A stretch of 64,000 nt of DNA from Phycisphaerae bacterium. GTDB taxonomy: Bacteria; Planctomycetota; Phycisphaerae; UBA1845. The position numbers and the translations under genes are program-made. The notes beneath the pieces were generated by a model that saw nothing but the letters and a program-made list of their open reading frames with translations, did not search any database and had not been told where the DNA came from. The number at the start of each line of letters is the position of its first letter. The stretch's first letter is position 1. The stretch covers positions 1,056,001-1,120,000 of the forward strand of contig CAXXGO010000001.1 in the NCBI GenBank assembly GCA_963666835.2, read 5' to 3'. This document shows, in pieces, positions 58,912 to 64,000 of the stretch.

Positions 58912-61668
58912 TTATGGTTCAGACGGCGATTCGGTGAATTCGACCGCCATTATGGCATAGTCCGCCAGATCCACGCGGCCGTTGCCGTCGAGGTCGCTGA
59001 CCGTTCCGCAGTCGCACAGATTCTTGGCCAGATGCACGCAGGCAGCATCCCAGCCAACCGTGCAACAGATCGGGTCAGCTTCGCAGACCAATGAGCAGCA
59101 CGATTCATCCTGGCATCCGGGGCTCCGGTGGGCCGCGCAGCAGACATCCCGGCCCGGACAATTGAATAGCCGACATTCTACGTCGTTACACGTAGTGCCA
59201 TCACCGTGGTACACGGTTCCGAACAGCCCTAGTGTGCTCAGCGAGCATTCGAACTCGGTCAGATCGACGCAGGTTCCGTATTGCGCTCGCGCCCCTTCGG
59301 CAACCACTCGGGAGTCTTCCGATGGAGATCGGGCCGGAGAAGGTGCGGCCGCGCCATAGGATAGGGCGATGCAACATGCCCCGCTCGGGTCGGGGCATGC
59401 TATGCTGTCGTCCTGGCAGGAAGTGCCGTCCCCCTGATAACTTCCACCGTAGACCCCGGTACAGATGTTGTTCGAAACGCCGTTTACGCAGCTTTCGGCG
59501 AATACGCAGCAAGCGCCGAAGCACTCCACATTCTCGCAAGCGACGCCAACACCTTTGAACGTGCCTCCCCGGCTCTCGCAAGACTCTGCCGTCGAAGCCT
59601 GTTCACAACCCCAGTCGAGACAGCAGGCCCCGCCGCATACTATTGTGGCGCAATCGCTTCCGTCACCTTTGTAGCTTCCGCCTTCGTCGGTGCACTCCCC
59701 CGCTCCGCTGTCGTAGCAATCTCCCCAAACAGCCGGACAGCATGCGCCGCCGCAAATGATTGAATCGCAGGTGCTGCCCGCAAGGGTCGCAAAGGTGCCG
59801 CCGAGATCTTCGCAGTACCCCTGCCCCACGTCATCGAAGCACGTCCCGTTGTACTCGACGCAACATGCGCTGCTGCAAACCGAGTTCTCGCACTCCGTGC
59901 CCAGGCCGTTGAAGATCCCCCCGTTGTCGGTACAGGCCTCGGGGCCTTCCGGGTAACATCCTCCCCAGTAGTCGCAGCAAGCTCCGGTGCAGACTGCGGA
60001 TTCGCAATCCGTACCCGGACCCTGGAAGGTGTCACCATTATCAACGCAGGCACCTTCGCCGCAGTCGTAACATGCGCCATCCCACACACTGCAGCACGCC
60101 CCACCGCAAGTTACCTCGTCACAGGAGCTGCCTAAACCGTGAAAAGTGCCGCCATCGGAATCGCAGGCCGCAGATCCCGTCTCGTAGCAATCTCCCCAGT
60201 ATTCGTCGCAGCACGCCCCTGAACAGTCGATGTCGTCGCAAGGCGTACCAAAGCCGTGGAACGTCCCCTCGATGTCTGCGCAGTAACCTGGCCCTGCCCA
60301 GTCAAAGCAGTACCCCTCCCAGTTATCGCAGCACGCCCCGCTGCAGCTCTCGTCGTCGCAGGTGGTGCCCACTCCGCGGAACGCGTAACCTTGGTCCACG
60401 CACCATCCCTCCCCGGTGTCGTGGCAGTCTCCGTTGTACTCGTCACAGCAAGCTCCGCTGCAACTCTCAGTGTCGCACGTGGTGCCCACTCCGCGGAACG
60501 GGTAGCCTTGGTCTACGCACCATCCCTCCCCGGCGTCGTGGCAGTCTCCGTTATACTCGTCACAGCATGCTCCGCTGCAACTCGTGTTCTCGCATGTTGT
60601 GCCCACTCCTTTGAATGTGTGGCCGTGGTCCGTGCACCATCCTTCCCCGGTGTCATAGCAGTAGCCGCTGTGCTCGTCACAGCAAGCTCCCGTACAAACG
60701 GACGTGTCACACGTACTTCCTTCCCCTTGGAAAGCACCGCCGACGTTCTGGCAGATCTCTGCGCCACCTTCCCCACAGTCTCCGTTGTCGAGACAGCACG
60801 CTCCGGACCCGGGCGGCATGCAATCGACGTCCGGGTCCCCGCAACGGGTGCCAAACCCCGCGAAGACACCGCCTTGCTCCAGACAGCTCAGCAGGCTCTG
60901 ATAATCCCAACAGCCACCGTAGTTGGTAAGATGGCAGCACGCGCCATCGCACTTCGAGCAGCCATTGACGTAGCATGCCGTTCCTTGTCCAAGTGGTGTT
61001 CCACCGGCGAGCATGCAACTGGCGGTCGTGGTGTAGCTCCAACATTGTCCATTCCCAAAACAGCAGGCTCCGAGCACCTCCGGTGGGTCGCACGATACCT
61101 CCCCGCACTGAGTTCCCCAGCCGAGGAAAACGCCGCCGGCGGTCTGGCAGTCGGGCTCGGACAGGCTTGAGCAAGTGTCCGTATTCAGGCAACAAGCCCC
61201 GGTAGTGGGCGGGCAAGGTATGCCGGGATCGGTGCAGAGCGTGCCGTCCCCGAGGTATGTTCCGTCGGAGAACGCGCAGTGGACCGAGTTGGTGACGTCG
61301 CACGATCCGTCAGGCCGACAGCACGCCCCGTCGCACGCGATGTCGCAACAATCGAGCCCGACTCCGTGGAATCGTCCACCTGTCGCCTCACAGACGTCTT
61401 CCGAAACGACTCGACAAGCTCCGATCCCCAGGCAGCATGCCCCTTCCTCATCACGGCCTGCTGCGATTACGGGGTTGAGCGACTTCGAAGCTACCCGCCG
61501 GCCGGACGGCGGCTGGAAGACAGTGCGGGCCGATTCCAGAGTAGCTATGTCGCCGGCTTGCTCGGATGGCAAATGGCGGGCGCGTTGTTTCGCCTCGGGA
61601 GCCCCAGCCAGCATCGGCGTAGCGGCGCAGAATGCCAACAGGATCACGATATTTCTCGTTTTCTGCAT
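58912..61668 (-). CDS. Secreted Cys-rich protein with 18 tandem GACC repeats and a dockerin-like tail
   Basis: MQKTRNIVILLAF signal peptide; 17 GACC plus 1 SACC units of ~39 aa; PGCQDESCCSLVCEADPICC..WD..CV; DLDGNGRVDLADY. Confidence 0.9.
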   Translation of the reverse strand: MQKTRNIVILLAFCAATPMLAGAPEAKQRARHLPSEQAGDIATLESARTVFQPPSGRRVASKSLNPVIAAGRDEEGACCLGIGACRVVSEDVCEATGGRFHGVGLDCCDIACDGACCRPDGSCDVTNSVHCAFSDGTYLGDGTLCTDPGIPCPPTTGACCLNTDTCSSLSEPDCQTAGGVFLGWGTQCGEVSCDPPEVLGACCFGNGQCWSYTTTASCMLAGGTPLGQGTACYVNGCSKCDGACCHLTNYGGCWDYQSLLSCLEQGGVFAGFGTRCGDPDVDCMPPGSGACCLDNGDCGEGGAEICQNVGGAFQGEGSTCDTSVCTGACCDEHSGYCYDTGEGWCTDHGHTFKGVGTTCENTSCSGACCDEYNGDCHDAGEGWCVDQGYPFRGVGTTCDTESCSGACCDEYNGDCHDTGEGWCVDQGYAFRGVGTTCDDESCSGACCDNWEGYCFDWAGPGYCADIEGTFHGFGTPCDDIDCSGACCDEYWGDCYETGSAACDSDGGTFHGLGSSCDEVTCGGACCSVWDGACYDCGEGACVDNGDTFQGPGTDCESAVCTGACCDYWGGCYPEGPEACTDNGGIFNGLGTECENSVCSSACCVEYNGTCFDDVGQGYCEDLGGTFATLAGSTCDSIICGGACCPAVWGDCYDSGAGECTDEGGSYKGDGSDCATIVCGGACCLDWGCEQASTAESCESRGGTFKGVGVACENVECFGACCVFAESCVNGVSNNICTGVYGGSYQGDGTSCQDDSIACPDPSGACCIALSYGAAAPSPARSPSEDSRVVAEGARAQYGTCVDLTEFECSLSTLGLFGTVYHGDGTTCNDVECRLFNCPGRDVCCAAHRSPGCQDESCCSLVCEADPICCTVGWDAACVHLAKNLCDCGTVSDLDGNGRVDLADYAIMAVEFTESPSEP

Positions 61669-62000
61669 CTTCTTTCCTCCGTACATGTGGCGACACGCCG
61701 TGCAGGCGCGCCATATGTCTCTGAAACGGAAACGATGGGCACACCAAGACTGCATCGCAGCTCCGGAGGCTTCAGCGGAGCACGACACACCCGGTAGCCG
61801 TATCATACGGAAACCCGGGGGAAGCACGCAAGCTGAGAGAGGGAATCGGGCGACAGCAGACGGAATGCCGCGCTACGGTGAGCATTGCCCCACCGTTGCC
61901 AGCCGGGGCGGAGTCGGGTAGTTTGTCGGTAGAACGTCGGCCTGAGGGGGCTCAGGCTGGGAATTCACAGGCTGGCTCTGCGAGTAGAAGGAGCTGTCGG

Positions 62001-63530
62001 ATGACCGACGAGGAACAGGCTGTCGATCAGCAGGACGACAACGAACTGGAAGAAAACCTGGACCAGGAGGGGCAAGACCAGGAGCTGTCCGACGAAGAAC
62101 AGGCCATGGCCAAGCTCAAAGAGGCCATCACTGTTGAGCAGGAGGACATCGGTTCGCTGCGTCGGAAACTAACGGTCACTATCCCCCGTGACACGCTGGA
62201 CGATCGTCTGGGCGAGCAGTTCACGGAGCTCAAACGTGATGCGGTCGTGCCCGGATTCCGGAAAGGCCACGCTCCGCTGGTGCTCGTCGAGAAGCGCTTT
62301 GGGGCCGACGTCGGGGAGCAACTCATCAGCCAACTCCTTAGCAGCGGCTACCTTGCGGCCGTGGAGAAGGAAGAACTCAAGGTGCTCGGTGACCCGCTAT
62401 TCTGGGTGAAGGTCTCCGAGGAGCGGGAGGGTGAGAACCAGCAGACCGAGAAGGTGGAAACCGAGAAGCTGCTCCCGATGGACAAGGCCCTCGACGAGCT
62501 CAAGCTGCCCAAAGAAGGCCCGCTCACCTTCTCCTGCGAGATCGAACTCAAACCGGAGTTCGAGCTACCGCAGCTCGACAAGATCCCCGTCAAGAAGCCC
62601 TCGGTGGAGATCACCGATGAGGACGTAGAGGTGGAGATTAAGCGGATGTGCATGTCGCGGGGCACGTTCGAGCCTGTTGAAGACGGGGCCGTCGAACTGG
62701 ATGACCTGCTTTATGTAGCCATGAAAATGTCCGTCGGGGATGAGGTCCTCGCCAGCGACGACAATTACGACATGTCCGCGCGCGACATGCGGATAAAGGG
62801 CGTCCCGCTGGCCGGTTTGGGCGAAGCGCTCAAGGGCAAGAAGACCGGCGAATCGGTTACTTTCGAAGGCACCGTTCCGGAAGACCACGAGAACATCGAC
62901 GCGCGGGGGAAGACCGCGAAGTTCGAGTTCACCATTAATGAGATCAAGCGCCTGTATGTTCCTGGGCTGGACGAAGAGCTGCTGACCAGCTTTGGCTACG
63001 ATACCGAAGATGAGCTGCGCGAGACCATGCGGTATGTCCTGGAATCCCGATTGGACTCCACGATCAAGAAGGGCATGCGCCAACAGGTCAGCGATTACCT
63101 GGTCGACAAGACAACGCTGGAACTGCCCGAAGGGCTCTCGCAGCGTCAGACCGATCGATCGATTGCCCGCCGCATGATCGAGATGTACCAGGCCGGTATC
63201 CCGCAGGCCGAGCTCGAGAAGTCGATGGATGAGATGAGGACCCGAGCTCACGATCAAGCGGTGCGCGATCTCAAGCTATACTTCATTCTGGAGAAGGTGG
63301 CCGAAGACCGTGGCATTGAGGTCTCCGAGGAGCAGATCAACTCTGCGATCGCGGAGATTGCGCGGCGTAGTGATAAGCGGTTCGATCGGATGCGCGACGA
63401 ACTCAGCAAGAGCGACGGAATGGCGACGCTCTACCTGCAGTTGCGCGATAACCTCACCCTTGACGCTCTGCTGGAAGAGGCCGAGGTGGAGGAGATGGAA
63501 GGTCCTGAAAAGGGCGCCCCGGGCGAGTGA
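62001..63530 (+). CDS. tig: Trigger factor
   Basis: VPGFRKGHAP ribosome-binding motif, FKBP-like middle; AAGGAG RBS; followed by clpP. Confidence 0.95.
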   Translation: MTDEEQAVDQQDDNELEENLDQEGQDQELSDEEQAMAKLKEAITVEQEDIGSLRRKLTVTIPRDTLDDRLGEQFTELKRDAVVPGFRKGHAPLVLVEKRFGADVGEQLISQLLSSGYLAAVEKEELKVLGDPLFWVKVSEEREGENQQTEKVETEKLLPMDKALDELKLPKEGPLTFSCEIELKPEFELPQLDKIPVKKPSVEITDEDVEVEIKRMCMSRGTFEPVEDGAVELDDLLYVAMKMSVGDEVLASDDNYDMSARDMRIKGVPLAGLGEALKGKKTGESVTFEGTVPEDHENIDARGKTAKFEFTINEIKRLYVPGLDEELLTSFGYDTEDELRETMRYVLESRLDSTIKKGMRQQVSDYLVDKTTLELPEGLSQRQTDRSIARRMIEMYQAGIPQAELEKSMDEMRTRAHDQAVRDLKLYFILEKVAEDRGIEVSEEQINSAIAEIARRSDKRFDRMRDELSKSDGMATLYLQLRDNLTLDALLEEAEVEEMEGPEKGAPGE

Positions 63531-63767
63531 TCAGGAGGATCAGCCGGGTAGCCGGACCCCGGTAAACAACCGGTCCGACGCAGACTTTTTGCCGACAAGT
63601 CCATGAGGGTCGGCGTCAATACAGGCGCCGATTGCTCGGGGTGGGCGCGGGTCGCCCGTGGCCTGCCTTGGTTCAGTGGCCCAACGGAGTGAGGCCCCCT
63701 TGATTCTCCCCGGAATCCAGGTGAGCCGATAATCGAAAAGCGAAGGCACCGACAGAAGGAAAGACCT

Positions 63768-64000
63768 ATGCACGAGTTTCCCAGCATGATGAACACAGTT
63801 AACCAGTTCCCGCCGTACCAGCGCACGCGCGAGATGTCGTTGACCGACATGCTGCTGGAGAACCGGATCATCTTCCTGTCGGGGCCGATCGTGGAGAGAA
63901 CGGCCAACGTCGTAATCCAGCAGCTCCTCTACCTGCAGTCGATTCGTCGCAGTCAAGACGTCAACTTGTACATTAACTCGCCCGGCGGGCTGGTAGATCA
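63768..64000 (+). CDS. clpP: ATP-dependent Clp protease proteolytic subunit (partial, runs off right edge)
   Basis: Manual translation: ..MLLENRIIFLSGPI..VIQQLLYLQS..DVNLYINSPGG. Confidence 0.93.
   Translation, partial: MHEFPSMMNTVNQFPPYQRTREMSLTDMLLENRIIFLSGPIVERTANVVIQQLLYLQSIRRSQDVNLYINSPGGLVD

Noticed and set aside
63531..63767. ncRNA between tig and clpP
   Set aside because: One hairpin (TCGGCGTC..GGCGCCGA) but no recognisable RNA family signature

Overview
GC-rich bacterial DNA. The gene style (Cys-rich secreted proteins with DCNxNGxPDxC and GACC repeats and C-terminal dockerin-like motifs; a signal-peptide plus S74 'tail fibre' protein) suggests a planctomycete, probably Phycisphaerae; this assignment is inference. 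1-30 kb is accessory and surface-protein territory: a co-oriented minus-strand run (retropepsin-like protease, HExxH protein, small membrane proteins, a lipoprotein with four laminin-B-like domains, an S74 fibre protein) punctuated by a GTAG-type REP family, then three large Cys-rich secreted proteins, an exported ankyrin protein with a lipoprotein partner, and a stand-alone Clp N-domain gene. 30-50 kb is mostly core: NtrC-type two-component pair, pnp, rpsO, rho, tRNA-Ala(CGC), aat, yhaM-like nuclease, gcvPA/gcvPB, lipoate ligase family. It also holds a Maf/DUF115 gene overlapping a doubly degenerate cytidylyltransferase-radical SAM-SPASM gene. A solitary 1498-aa nuclease-STAND-helical-repeat gene (Avs/NLR-like defence candidate) lies at 49.9-54.4 kb, followed by yjbQ, a REP mosaic, a DUF123 nuclease, a nitrilase, an S41 peptidase, an 18-repeat Cys-rich protein, tig and the start of clpP. 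No CRISPR array, integrase or transposase was seen. All calls come from motif reading by eye; no searches were run.
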